Below, piece after piece: positions 10,356-19,283 of a stretch of DNA of 32,000 nt. Positions within the stretch are counted from its first letter, which is position 1; each line of letters opens with the position of its first letter. A program made the translations under genes and the position numbers. Source of the DNA: Pyrolobus fumarii 1A (GTDB lineage: Archaea > Thermoproteota > Thermoprotei_A > Sulfolobales > Pyrodictiaceae); assembly GCF_000223395.1 (NCBI RefSeq), contig NC_015931.1:270001-302000 (forward strand), given 5' to 3'. The notes under the pieces were generated by a model, which worked only from the letters and a program-made list of their open reading frames with translations, ran no database searches and was not told where the DNA came from.

Positions 10356-11171
10356 GTGGTATCCAGGCGAGTATTCCTACAACTAATCACAACGTCAATA
10401 ATGGCTACGCTCGTAACGCCACTAGCACTGATACTACACGCGAAGCGGACGTACAAACGCGGCCCAGAAGTGAGAGTCGGCGAGGATTGTATCGACCTCC
10501 CACCACCTAGGCTAGACGGTGATGTTAGCCTCGAGAGAAGCCTTGCAAACCGCAGATCCATACGCGATTATCTAGACGAGCCCCTGAGCATAGAGGAGGT
10601 CTCCCAGCTACTATGGGCGGCGTACGGAATAACCGAGACCATACACGGCTTCAAAACGTCGCCTAGCGCAGGTGCAACCTATCCAGCCGAGATCTACATC
10701 GTTGTAGGCGAGAAAGGGGTGACTATAGGAGACGAAGGCTACCTCGAACCGGGATCATATCACTATAATCCACACGCGCATAGAATATGCGTAGTGAAGA
10801 AGGGCGAACTTAGACACGAGCTGTACAAGGCTGCGTTGGAGCAAGAATGGGTGCTGAAAGCCCCAGTGTCGATCGTAGTAACGGTGGTCTTCGAGAGGAC
10901 GACTAGGAGGTACGGAGAGCGAGGCATACGCTACGTGTGGATCGAAGTCGGCCACATAGGGCAGAACATCTATCTGCAAGCCACGGCACTGGGCCTCGGC
11001 ACTGTGGCTGTAGGCGCCTTCTTAGACGAGCAAGTGAAGAAGATAATAGGTGCACCGGAGAGCCACAATCCGGCCTACATTATGCCCGTTGGTAGGCCAG
11101 TAACGCCCTACACGCTTGATGAGCGCGAGCTGCACGCCTATATAATGGCTCATAGAGAGAAAAGCACGTAG
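10356..11171 (+). CDS. SagB-type dehydrogenase / nitroreductase-family flavoprotein with twin-arginine-like leader
   Basis: RRSIRDYLDEPLSIEEVSQLLWAAYG and the later GHIGQNIYLQATALGLG blocks are typical of the nitroreductase/SagB family. N-terminus has SRRVFLQ followed by a hydrophobic stretch. Confidence 0.8.
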   Translation: MVSRRVFLQLITTSIMATLVTPLALILHAKRTYKRGPEVRVGEDCIDLPPPRLDGDVSLERSLANRRSIRDYLDEPLSIEEVSQLLWAAYGITETIHGFKTSPSAGATYPAEIYIVVGEKGVTIGDEGYLEPGSYHYNPHAHRICVVKKGELRHELYKAALEQEWVLKAPVSIVVTVVFERTTRRYGERGIRYVWIEVGHIGQNIYLQATALGLGTVAVGAFLDEQVKKIIGAPESHNPAYIMPVGRPVTPYTLDERELHAYIMAHREKST

Positions 11172-11199
11172 TAGTGAAGGGGGCTTATATGGGGCGAAA

Positions 11200-11400
11200 C
11201 TAGTGGCTATGCTCTTCTCCAGGCTTGTGTCCAGGCATGCCCTTAGGCCCGTGTCTCAGATAATACTCTGGGTCACGCTTGAACTCCTCTAGGCAAAGCT
11301 TGCTGCAGAAGTAGTAAACCTTGCCCCTATAGATGGTCTTCCAGGGAGTCTTGTCCGGGTTAACGTTCATCCCACACACGGGATCGATGGCAGTACTCAC
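11200..11400 (-). CDS. TRASH/YHS-domain metal-binding protein (66 aa), copper-chaperone-like
   Basis: DPVCGMNV...YYFCSKLC gives the C-x22-C-x3-C TRASH/YHS pattern. Lies just downstream of copA on the same strand. Confidence 0.8.
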   Translation of the reverse strand: MSTAIDPVCGMNVNPDKTPWKTIYRGKVYYFCSKLCLEEFKRDPEYYLRHGPKGMPGHKPGEEHSH

Positions 11401-11615
11401 TATGCCCGTCCCTTGTTGCTAAGCCCCGGGAAAAGAACTAGAGTTTACGCCGAGAACAACATCAAACAATCATAGCGAGGGTGTAGCGCCGCGCGAGACA
11501 CGCGGAAGGCGGTGCTATAGGCGGCAAAACTGGAACAAATTCTGTTAGTAATCAGCGCAATTGTATCGCGGAGCACCCCAAGACGTTTATTGTATGGTGC
11601 CGATCGCCCCAAACT

Positions 11616-13997
11616 CTACACCTTCATGTGCCTCACTCTTAAGCTCCACATAGTGACTGACAAGGAGCTCAACGACATTGCTAGTGCTGCATACTCGGGT
11701 CTAAGCGTTATGCCAAATGGTGCGAGTACACCAGCAGCCACTGGAATCAGTGATGCGTTGTAGACGGTTGCCCATAGAAGCGCCACTTTCGCGGCACGGT
11801 TGACCTTCTTAGCCGCTTCCAAGAACCTGGGTATTAGTGTTAAGTCGTCTCTCAATAGGATCGCGTCTCCCGCTTCCTTCGCTATCTCGGTCCCTCTATG
11901 TACTGCGATGCCAACATCTGCTTGGGAGAGGGCTATTGCGTCATTAATCCCGTCGCCCACCATAGCTACCACTCTTCCCGAGGATTGCATCTTCCTGATT
12001 ATCTTCGCTTTGTCGATAGGCTCGACACGATAATAGTACTCTGTGACCCCTAGTACCCTAGCTATCTCCTCTACAGCTTCACGCGAGTCTCCCGACAGTA
12101 TTGCAATCCTATAGCCGCGAGCCTTCAGGACACTGATGGCCTCTATGGCATCTCTCCGCACCTCATCCTTCAAGAGTATCACGCCAGCCAGCTTATCCCC
12201 AACAACCACATACACTCTCGTGCCGGCGTAGCCGCCTACAATGTCGGCAACTCCTCTTAGAGACTCGGGGCCTATCATCTGTTCGACAAGTTTCTCGGAG
12301 CCGATGGCAACAACTAGGCCATTGATATCTGCGACTACGCCCATACCCTTGATGTAATCCACGCGGCTGGGGTTGGTACTAACATCAAGTCCTCTAGCGC
12401 GTGCATACTCTACGATAGCCTTAGCTATCGGGTGGTTGACGCTCTTCTCAGCGATAGCCGCCAACCTGATAATCTCGTCGGCGCTTATGTCGGTCAGTGT
12501 GTAGACCCTCTCTACCACCAGCTTGCCCTCGGTGAGAGTACCCGTCTTATCAAAGACTAGCGTATCTACCCTAACCGCCTTCTCAAGAACCTCGCTATTC
12601 CTTACAAGTATCCCGGCCTCCAGCAACCTGTGGATACTAGCGGACATCGTCAGCGGAACGGCTATTCCTAATGCGCATGGGCAAGTAACCACCAGTACTG
12701 CTATGGCGCGTGACAACGCCACATCGATTCCCGCGCCTAAAAGGAGCCAGATGGCAAAGGCTGACGTGGAAGTGGCTATCGAGAGCCACGTTAGCATCGA
12801 GGCAAACCTATCAGCTATCCTCTGTACACGCGGCTTACCGAGCTTAGCCATCTCGGCGAGTAAAGCAATTTGTTTGAGGAGCGTTTGGTCACCCACTCTC
12901 ACAACCCTAACCCTTAGAAAGCCATCGACAACCAACGAGCCAGCCACAACCCAGTCGCCGGGCTTCTTCAAGACAGGCTTAGACTCGCCGCTGACCAGCG
13001 ACTCATCAACCAGCGCCTCTCCAGACACGACGACACCATCAACTCCAATCCTATCACCCTCTCTCACAACAACGATGCTGCCCGGTCTAACCTCGGCAAG
13101 AGGCTTCTCGCTTACAGCGCCCTTCTCCTCCACCAGCACTCTTGCAGGCAGCAGCTCCTCAACACGCTTTTCCAGAGACTCTAGCGCTCTACGCCTAGCC
13201 TTAGACTCAATACTCATACCCGTAAGCACAAAACCGAGTACAAGCAACGCTGCGCCGAAATAGGTCTCGCGAACCTCCATGCCGCCGATGACGGATAATG
13301 TCAGCACGGCAGCACTATACAGTATAGCTATGCCGGTCGCGATAGCCACAAGAGACTCCATAGTAGGGGCTCTAATCAGTAACGCACGGAAACCCTTAAC
13401 GTACAACCGTCTAGCAAGGAGCAGAACCACCAAAAGGGACAACGGCAAGCCCACAAGTGCAGACATCAACCTAAAGCCTAGGAAGTTCAGAGCCTCAACA
13501 AAAACGCCCATAGCCAGCACTAGCAGAGCTACACGCAACGGTATCGTATCTCCGCTCGCACCCCTAGGCTTGGAGCTAACACCCTCAACGCGAAAGCCAA
13601 GCTCCTCTAAGAACCTCTTAGCATCATCAACCTTCAACTGATGGGGATTATACACGATCAGCACACTCGAAGATGTCGAGGACGCGACAACATCGTAGAC
13701 ACCGTCAACTCTCCTAAGACGCTCTTCGACGAGCCTTTCGTGTTCGGGAGACAGGCCAGAGACTATGAAGACTCTCGACTCTAGCCTTACATCATAGCCC
13801 ACACGTCTAACAGCATCAACAACGTCTCTAATGCTGACACGCGACTCTTCATCAATGTACACGTCAACGATGCTGCTACTCGGGTAGGGTCTAACCTCCA
13901 CAACCCCCTCAAGCTTCCTAAGGGCGTAAGAAACGGCATAAACGCAAGAGGCGCACTCGACACCCAATAGCTCAATCCTGATGAGCTTTCTGCCCAC
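11616..13997 (-). CDS. copA: Copper/heavy-metal translocating P1B-type ATPase
   Basis: N-terminal HMA domain with CASC. Transmembrane CPC (VVTCPCALGIA). Phosphorylation site DKTGTLT. Hinge GDGINDA. HP dipeptide (VNHPIAKA). Confidence 0.95.
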   Translation of the reverse strand: MGRKLIRIELLGVECASCVYAVSYALRKLEGVVEVRPYPSSSIVDVYIDEESRVSIRDVVDAVRRVGYDVRLESRVFIVSGLSPEHERLVEERLRRVDGVYDVVASSTSSSVLIVYNPHQLKVDDAKRFLEELGFRVEGVSSKPRGASGDTIPLRVALLVLAMGVFVEALNFLGFRLMSALVGLPLSLLVVLLLARRLYVKGFRALLIRAPTMESLVAIATGIAILYSAAVLTLSVIGGMEVRETYFGAALLVLGFVLTGMSIESKARRRALESLEKRVEELLPARVLVEEKGAVSEKPLAEVRPGSIVVVREGDRIGVDGVVVSGEALVDESLVSGESKPVLKKPGDWVVAGSLVVDGFLRVRVVRVGDQTLLKQIALLAEMAKLGKPRVQRIADRFASMLTWLSIATSTSAFAIWLLLGAGIDVALSRAIAVLVVTCPCALGIAVPLTMSASIHRLLEAGILVRNSEVLEKAVRVDTLVFDKTGTLTEGKLVVERVYTLTDISADEIIRLAAIAEKSVNHPIAKAIVEYARARGLDVSTNPSRVDYIKGMGVVADINGLVVAIGSEKLVEQMIGPESLRGVADIVGGYAGTRVYVVVGDKLAGVILLKDEVRRDAIEAISVLKARGYRIAILSGDSREAVEEIARVLGVTEYYYRVEPIDKAKIIRKMQSSGRVVAMVGDGINDAIALSQADVGIAVHRGTEIAKEAGDAILLRDDLTLIPRFLEAAKKVNRAAKVALLWATVYNASLIPVAAGVLAPFGITLRPEYAALAMSLSSLSVTMWSLRVRHMKV

Positions 13998-14190
13998 AAC
14001 AGGATTTCCTCCAGCATAACGGGGTAAGCCGGGGCAAACGCCCTATAATGCTATCATCGCGGGCGACAAGTGTAATTCCAAATGATTGGTAAAGAGGGGC
14101 AAAAGACGAGACTGTAAAACAAGCGCATGCCGATTTCTGTATGATGTGGGAGAGTGGGCGTAGCCTTGCTAGTGCAAAGCTGTGCTGCTG

Positions 14191-14562
14191 TTACTCTACG
14201 CGGATGTCCTTCCTGGCCTCCCAGATCCCGTGCAGGTTGCAGTATGCTAGCGCGTAGAGAGTGCCGCTCTTCTCTAACTTGATGGTAATAGTGACCTCTG
14301 GCTCGCCATACCCCGGCTCAAACGTCACAGTCGCGATGTGTATGGGGTTGAAGGGGCGGCCCTCCTCAGCGAACCAAAGCTCGACACGCCTTATCGAGTG
14401 AGCCGCCTCATTGGGGTGAGGACCCACCCTCACAGTCACCTTGAACGGCTCACCCTTCTTGACGGCATCCGGCGCCTCTATTCTAGGCATGTGCGTCTCC
14501 TTCTTGGCTGCCACTGGTCCACCCACATCCTCAGTGTAGATTAGCTCGCCAAACTTGGCCAC
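14191..14562 (-). CDS. sor: Superoxide reductase (1Fe-SOR / neelaredoxin type)
   Basis: 123 aa. E..THMP, HPNEAAHSI and C-terminal CNLHGIWE match the His4-Cys iron ligand pattern of SOR. Confidence 0.9.
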   Translation of the reverse strand: MAKFGELIYTEDVGGPVAAKKETHMPRIEAPDAVKKGEPFKVTVRVGPHPNEAAHSIRRVELWFAEEGRPFNPIHIATVTFEPGYGEPEVTITIKLEKSGTLYALAYCNLHGIWEARKDIRVE

Positions 14563-14594
14563 GCCAGGCCACCATTAACTACGTCAAAGTCGGG

Positions 14595-14606
14595 TTATTT
14601 AAAAAC
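14595..14606 (-). promoter_or_regulatory. TATA-box-like element upstream of sor
   Basis: On the minus strand reads GTTTTTAAATAA. Centred about 38 nt upstream of the sor ATG in an otherwise GC-rich spacer. Confidence 0.35.
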
Positions 14607-14710
14607 TTAACAGCGCGGTGTTATGATGGCATCGCAGTAGGTTAACACGTCTAACCAAAACCGTTAGCCTATTCTAGCACCAGTGTGGAGCGAGGCTACG
14701 GTGTCGGGAC

Positions 14711-14959
14711 GTGCGGCGCGTTAAGGTAGGAGTTGTGGTATACGAGGAGAGGGATGAAACAGGTACCTGGTATATCGCTGTTGAGCCCATGAGCGGTGCG
14801 CAGGCGCAGGGCGAGTCTATAGAAGAGGCAATAGAGAAGTTGAAAGAAGAGGTTGTGAAGATGTTTAGTGCGTGGTGCGAATCCGAGCTAAGAGATGCTA
14901 TTGACGTCAAGCTCGTGGAGATAGAGGTGCCGACTACCGGCGAGAACAGCGAAACCTAA
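14711..14959 (+). CDS. HicB/UPF0150-like small protein (82 aa), no HicA partner seen
   Basis: GTWYIAVEPMSGAQAQGESIEEAIEKLKEEVVKMF resembles the HicB/UPF0150 pattern (W.A..P...G...QGES.EEA). GTG start. Confidence 0.5.
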   Translation: MRRVKVGVVVYEERDETGTWYIAVEPMSGAQAQGESIEEAIEKLKEEVVKMFSAWCESELRDAIDVKLVEIEVPTTGENSET

Positions 14960-15348
14960 GGTTGGAAGTATATCCATGCAAGCGCTAACTGCGGCCCTCA
15001 AGGTATGCTTTGACGACGGATGCGAGGCTAGGACTTAGGCCCTCGCCAGGGGCTAAGCGTCTAGAGACGTCTAAAACGAAACATGAGACCCGTTACATTG
15101 GCCTAGCCACTTGTCTTCCTCCCCGTATACGAGCGTAAGGAAGGTAAGGTTGAAGCCACAGCATGATATGCTCAGTATGGCTTTAGGAACGGGCAACCCC
15201 AACCCAACCACGCCTACATAGCACAAGCGGTTAGCTAGACTGCGGATACGCGCCCAGAGCTTCTTGATGTTTTTCGTTTTCCGCCTCTCGGCATTATAGG
15301 GGCAACCAGCCATGCTTGCTTGTAGCTTTTGTTTAAAGTGTTAGGAGG

Positions 15349-16578
15349 GTGCTAGACAATGGTTGTGTACGTATGCCCCGTATTCGAGTCTCAAAGGTAA
15401 CAGGTAACGTATACCAGATTCGCGTGGATGACGTCGAAACTAGGTTCTTTGAGGGCATCTGGGAGATCCCGGAGGGAGTAACATACAACGCGTACCTGGT
15501 CGACACCGGCGAGAAGAGGATTCTCATAGACACTGTGAAGTCTAGGTACGCGCTTGAATTCCTCGAAGCCTTAAGAGGTATACTTGATCCTAGAGATATA
15601 GACGCGATTATAGTGCAGCACTCGGAACCCGACCATAGTGGCGCTTTTCCAATAATCTACGAGGCTGCCGGCAAACCGAAAGTGTATGCGCACCCCATAG
15701 CAAAGAGCATCATAGAATCGGAGTATGGCGTGCGCCTCGAGAAGTACGAGGCTGTTAGAGATGATACCGTGGTTGATGTCGGCGATGGTAAGCTGGTGAT
15801 GGCTCTCGTGCCTTGGCTACACTGGCCGGACACCATCATAACCTTCTACCCGGAAGAAGGACTACTCTTCACCTGCGACGTCTTTGGCGTCTATGGTGTA
15901 CTGCCGCATATAGACGATGCGGGATTGAGCAGCTCCGAGTGGGCGCTATACGAGAGGTACATGAGGAAGTACTTCGCTAACATCGTGGGCGCCTATAGAG
16001 ACTGGGTCGTGAAGAACCTAGAGAAGCTTGAAGCCAAAAACTGGAACTTCTCTATCATCGCCCCGGGGCACGGCCTAGTGATCCGCAAGAGGATCGGGGA
16101 AGTGCTCGAGGCGTATAGGGCGTGGGGCTCTAGGAGGCTAAACCCGCGCAAAGCAACCATAATATACTCGACGATGTACGGCGCTGTCGAGAAAGCCGCA
16201 CTCTACGCAGCCGAGCGTCTAGCCGAGACAGGCTTCGAGGTGCACATATACGGCTCCAACGACGAGAAAGGGATAGCACTAGGAGATGTGCTAGGCGACG
16301 CTATCGACTCTAGAATACTTGTGCTCGGCGTGCCAGTATACGACGGCAACATACACCCCATTACAAGACTACTAGTGGACCTCCTATGCGAGAAGGTCGC
16401 AGCCGGTCAAGTAACAAGCATAATATCCAGCTACGGCTGGGGCCCAGTAGCGAAAAGAATCGTAGCCGAGAAGCTGGAGAAATGCGGGTTTAGAGTGGCA
16501 GGCGTCATAGAAGCAAGAGGCGCCCTGCCAGCAAACGATGTCGACAAGCTCATAGAGAATATGATAGCCGCCAAATGA
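15349..16578 (+). CDS. fprA: Flavodiiron protein (FprA-type A-type flavoprotein)
   Basis: Metallo-beta-lactamase-like diiron motif HSEPDHSG. C-terminal flavodoxin-like domain (ATIIYSTMYGAVEKAA). The true start is probably the ATG at 15373 (MPRIRV...). Confidence 0.9.
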   Translation: MLDNGCVRMPRIRVSKVTGNVYQIRVDDVETRFFEGIWEIPEGVTYNAYLVDTGEKRILIDTVKSRYALEFLEALRGILDPRDIDAIIVQHSEPDHSGAFPIIYEAAGKPKVYAHPIAKSIIESEYGVRLEKYEAVRDDTVVDVGDGKLVMALVPWLHWPDTIITFYPEEGLLFTCDVFGVYGVLPHIDDAGLSSSEWALYERYMRKYFANIVGAYRDWVVKNLEKLEAKNWNFSIIAPGHGLVIRKRIGEVLEAYRAWGSRRLNPRKATIIYSTMYGAVEKAALYAAERLAETGFEVHIYGSNDEKGIALGDVLGDAIDSRILVLGVPVYDGNIHPITRLLVDLLCEKVAAGQVTSIISSYGWGPVAKRIVAEKLEKCGFRVAGVIEARGALPANDVDKLIENMIAAK

Positions 16579-16580
16579 CG

Positions 16581-16678
16581 CCGAGCTTAGCATGCAGGCT
16601 GATTGTCTCCCTTCACACGCCTTTGAGGCTTCTCATGAAGTTTTGAAGGTTCTGAGAGGTGGTCTCACGAACCCTCCT
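16581..16678. repeat. att-proximal segment of element 1, homologous (with gaps) to 22691..22769
   Basis: ccgagcttagca...ttgaggcttctcatgaagttttgaaggttct...gagaggtggtctcacgaaccctc aligns with ccggcttagca...ttgagcctcttcatgggttgagggttct...gagagtggtctcgggaaccctc next to the tRNA fragment. Confidence 0.55.
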
Positions 16679-16943
16679 ACCCTTCCCTCCCTCGGCTGTC
16701 CTCCTGCACTAGAGGCGCTGGAGCGCAAGGGGCCCTCCTTGTCCGTGTCTCCTCCTCGAGGCTGATCATGCCCTCCGCCGCGGCCCACGAGAGCGACTTG
16801 GATGCGAGCTTCAGTATCCACCTGTTGCAGGGGAGCCTCTCCAACCCGAGAGATTCTATGATGCTGCGGTACCTTTCCCAGTATCTCAGGTAGTCGCGTA
16901 CCGAGAGCGGCGCCGTTCTACGGATGTACTCCTCGAAGCGCAT
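16677..16943 (-). pseudogene. Integrase pseudogene: N-terminal part only, catalytic domain deleted
   Basis: 57 of the first 70 residues are identical (hand count) to the N-terminus of integrase 22881..23867. Weaker homology runs to about residue 100. The sequence then joins directly to the att-proximal segment, so roughly 0.8 kb present in element 2 is missing. Confidence 0.85.
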
Positions 16944-17070
16944 ACTGGCGTGTACCCGTTGCAGTAGGCTGCCAGCTGCAGTGTGCGCTTGAGCCTAACC
17001 GGGTCTCTATCCCTGCGACCCCGTGACACTCGGGCGTATGCAGTGACGCTATCCGCCCGGTTCATGGTAT

Positions 17071-17084
17071 CCAACCGTGGTTGG
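17071..17084. repeat. Palindrome family member, one-mismatch variant CCAACCGTGGTTGG
   Basis: About 130 bp upstream of the integrase pseudogene start, the same relative position as 23996..24007 in element 2. Confidence 0.8.
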
Positions 17085-17087
17085 GCC

Positions 17088-17101
17088 ACGGGCCCGTATG
17101 G
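17088..17101. promoter_or_regulatory. Inverted copy of the CTATACGGGCCCGT motif (ACGGGCCCGTATGG)
   Basis: Contains the 10-bp palindrome ACGGGCCCGT. See 17241, 24458 and 24582. Confidence 0.5.
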
Positions 17102-17240
17102 TATGGGATGCAAGGAAGGACCGGGAACGGGCCATAGATGAGACTGGTATAAGGCCCATGTCCGAGCCAGCTTCACGATTGTGAATCGGTCCCGTAGTCA
17201 GCTTGTATCCGGGTATCATAGATGCTCCCGGATGTAGACT

Positions 17241-17254
17241 CTATACGGGCCCGT
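17241..17254. promoter_or_regulatory. CTATACGGGCCCGT motif (contains 12-bp palindrome TACGGGCCCGTA), candidate operator
   Basis: About 35 nt upstream of the GTG of the element 1 RHH reading frame. An identical 14-mer sits at 24582..24595 upstream of the element 2 RHH gene. Confidence 0.55.
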
Positions 17255-17288
17255 AGTGGGGATGTAAACGGGGCTGGGTTCGCCGTCG

Positions 17289-17544
17289 GTGAGGTTATAC
17301 CTAGATCTCTCTAGGTACGCCGAACTCGAGAGGCTAGCCAGAGAGCGTGGAGTGGCGATACCGCAGCTCTTGAAGAGACTTGTCGGGGATTGGCTTGAGG
17401 GCAGGCTATGCGGGAACAGTGAGGCCTGAACTCTCCGTCGACGAGACTAGGATAGAGCGGTTGGAGAGGCGCTTGGAACTCCTTGAGGAGAAGGTGAAGG
17501 TGCTATTGAGACTGGTAGGTGGCCCCGGTTTTGCTTCAGGTTAA
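17289..17544 (+). pseudogene. Ribbon-helix-helix (CopG-like) gene, frameshifted
   Basis: GTG-MRLYLDLSRYAELERLARERGVAIPQLLKRLVGDWLEGRLCGNSEA-stop (17289..17429). The C-terminal coiled-coil part (SVDETRIERLERRLELLEEKVKVLLRLVGG) continues in another frame to 17544. Homologous to the intact gene 24624..24878. Confidence 0.8.
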
Positions 17545-17581
17545 TGAGGGTAATACAAGGTGTTTTGATCTCCATGGGTAG

Positions 17582-18052
17582 GTGTGCCCAGGTGATGTGC
17601 TGATGGTGAAACGTGAGGATCTCGTGTTGGCGGTTGCGTGGGAGCTTCTCCGGGCGCGTAGGGAGCGGGGGTTGCGTGATCCGGTACCGAGTCTCTATGA
17701 CCTTACTAAGGTGTTGGCGAGGCTCCGCGAGATGGGCGTCGATGTCGGGCTGGAGTTTATCGAGTACAGTCACGGGCCTTACAGCCCCGACCTCGAGCCG
17801 TTCCTCGAGGAATTGAGTGAGAGGGGCCTAGGCGTGTATAGGGTCGATGTCCATATTCCGCGTGCTCCGGTTGGTGTCGACCCAGACTATGCATGGGCCA
17901 TCATAGAGCACCAGTTGTCCGAGAGGGATGCAGACCGCAAGTATGTCCGGAAGAGGTTCGAGCCTCGCGCTGAACCGGGGCAGCTCCCCGGGGAACTCCA
18001 GGAGAAGATACGGGCAGCCGTCCGCGGCTATCTCGAGGAGGCGTCTAGGTGA
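17582..18052 (+). CDS. Hypothetical protein with possible Panacea (DUF4065/SocA-GepA)-like motif (156 aa)
   Basis: LTKVLARLREMG...FIEYSHGPYSPDLEPFLEEL loosely resembles the F-x-W-x-YGPV-x-P-x-hydrophobic-Y core of DUF4065. The likely start is the ATG at 17603. Ends in a TGA that is in frame with the next ORF. Confidence 0.5.
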   Translation: MCPGDVLMVKREDLVLAVAWELLRARRERGLRDPVPSLYDLTKVLARLREMGVDVGLEFIEYSHGPYSPDLEPFLEELSERGLGVYRVDVHIPRAPVGVDPDYAWAIIEHQLSERDADRKYVRKRFEPRAEPGQLPGELQEKIRAAVRGYLEEASR

Positions 18053-18058
18053 CGTGGC

Positions 18059-18937
18059 TTGTACGTTGCAGAGCTGGTGCTGGAGGGCACGCATTACTAT
18101 TGCTCCCGGCTTCTGGCGAGAGCGCAGCACGAGTGGCTCCTTCGCCTCGTGAGGGGTGGCGGGCTCCGTAGCCTTCTCGACGCCGCTGAGAAGGCATACA
18201 AGCTGTTGGATCTGCGTGAGGAGCTGAGAGGCCTAGGCGACATTCGTGTAAGTAGCGCGAAAGACCTCTTCGCACGCATATGCATCGAGGATGATGACGT
18301 TAGACGCCTGGTTGCCTCAGTGGCATCGGCCGTAGGCTACTCGAATATCGTACAGTTTCTGGCTGATCGTCACACGCTGCTCATCCTATACGGGGCTGCT
18401 GTCGGGTGCCACGAGCCCAGCGTATACTGTGTGCTGGAGCCTCGCTTCGAGGTAGAGAACCACGATCTAAGCAAAGAGCTGGAGGGGAAAAGCCTCCTTC
18501 CATACCGCCTCTTCGACCTCCTTGTCGTCGAAGGCAACAGACTACGACTAATCGAGGTCAAGTACATCCTCTCACGCGAAAAGAACCCCCGGGGCACCGT
18601 ACCCGGCGGCACGATGCTAGCCCACCTGGCGTCGTTCGTTGAGAAGCTCGTATCAACGGCACAGCTGCTACACGAGCCGCTGCGCACGGCAGGCTATACT
18701 GTAGAGTACCACTTTGTCGCCATACTCGGCCCCGGCAGGGAGATCAAAAAGAGCGTCTGGAAGCACATCGAGAAAATCACTGGCGCCCTAGAGAGCCTCA
18801 TAGAAGCACCCGTGGAACCACACAATACCCTATACATTGACATAGCGAGAGAAGTCCAGAATGCAAATCCCACGCCACCCTACGCCTACCGGGCAAAGAC
18901 CAAGCAAACCGATCAAAAAAGAGATACGAAGAGATAG
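18059..18937 (+). CDS. Hypothetical protein with PD-(D/E)xK nuclease-like motif (292 aa)
   Basis: EPRFEVE...LFDLLVVEGNRLRLIEVKY gives an E...D-x13-E-V-K pattern typical of the restriction-endonuclease-like fold. TTG start two codons after the upstream TGA, in the same frame. Confidence 0.55.
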   Translation: MYVAELVLEGTHYYCSRLLARAQHEWLLRLVRGGGLRSLLDAAEKAYKLLDLREELRGLGDIRVSSAKDLFARICIEDDDVRRLVASVASAVGYSNIVQFLADRHTLLILYGAAVGCHEPSVYCVLEPRFEVENHDLSKELEGKSLLPYRLFDLLVVEGNRLRLIEVKYILSREKNPRGTVPGGTMLAHLASFVEKLVSTAQLLHEPLRTAGYTVEYHFVAILGPGREIKKSVWKHIEKITGALESLIEAPVEPHNTLYIDIAREVQNANPTPPYAYRAKTKQTDQKRDTKR

Positions 18938-18942
18938 ACAAG

Positions 18943-19002
18943 AGACCGGTGGCATGGCGCGGTGAACGCATCGCGGTGTTTACATTTCGTTTTGAATGGT
19001 TA
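18943..19002 (+). repeat. Conserved intergenic module, divergent copy a
   Basis: agaccggtggcatggcgcggtgaacgcatcgcggtgtttacatttcgttttgaatggttac aligns with copies at 19155..19209 and 25845..25899. Confidence 0.6.
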
Positions 19003-19154
19003 CCCTTGCTGTCCCGATCGTCCCCCGGTGACGGGTGACCGGTTACCCTTGCACCGAGGCATCACCGCAGGCTATGCGGCGGTTACTGGGCCTTACAGTA
19101 CATCTAGACCATACCAGAGGACGAACAGGGAGGATTAGAATGGAAATAAAGGAA

Positions 19155-19209
19155 AGACCGGTGGTATGGTGTCGTAAGGTGCTCGTGTTGTTTTCATTCT
19201 GGTGTTGAC
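19155..19209 (+). repeat. Conserved intergenic module, copy b
   Basis: agaccggtggtatggtgtcgtaaggtgctcgtgttgttttcattctggtgttgac is nearly identical to 25845..25899 in element 2. Confidence 0.75.
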
Positions 19210-19283
19210 TTGACTTTGTGAGGCTTTGGCTGCGAGCCTCTCCCCACATAATACCGCATTGTGATGGTCTCACGGCGTAATGC

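Noticed and set aside
12523-13263. 246-aa ORF antisense to copA.
   Set aside because: It is a Ser/Thr/Pro/Ala-rich shadow ORF typical of the antisense strand of a GC-rich gene, and copA is unambiguous here. The same reasoning applies to 11800..12033 and 13279..13641.
15071-15313. Possible HicA-like toxin remnant opposite the HicB-like gene (ORF ends ...GQCNGSHVSF).
   Set aside because: Only a GSH tripeptide and a GF dipeptide match, with the wrong spacing. This is not enough to call it, and the ORF may be spurious.
16677-16943. SSV-type split integrase. The ~70-100 aa N-terminal integrase fragment at one element end recalls Int(N) produced when attP lies inside the int gene.
   Set aside because: No Int(C) partner is found at the other end of element 1. 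The intact paralogue contains no tRNA-like sequence inside its ORF. The fragment joins directly to the att-proximal segment that lies beyond the 3' end of the intact gene in element 2, so a simple ~0.8 kb internal deletion explains it better.
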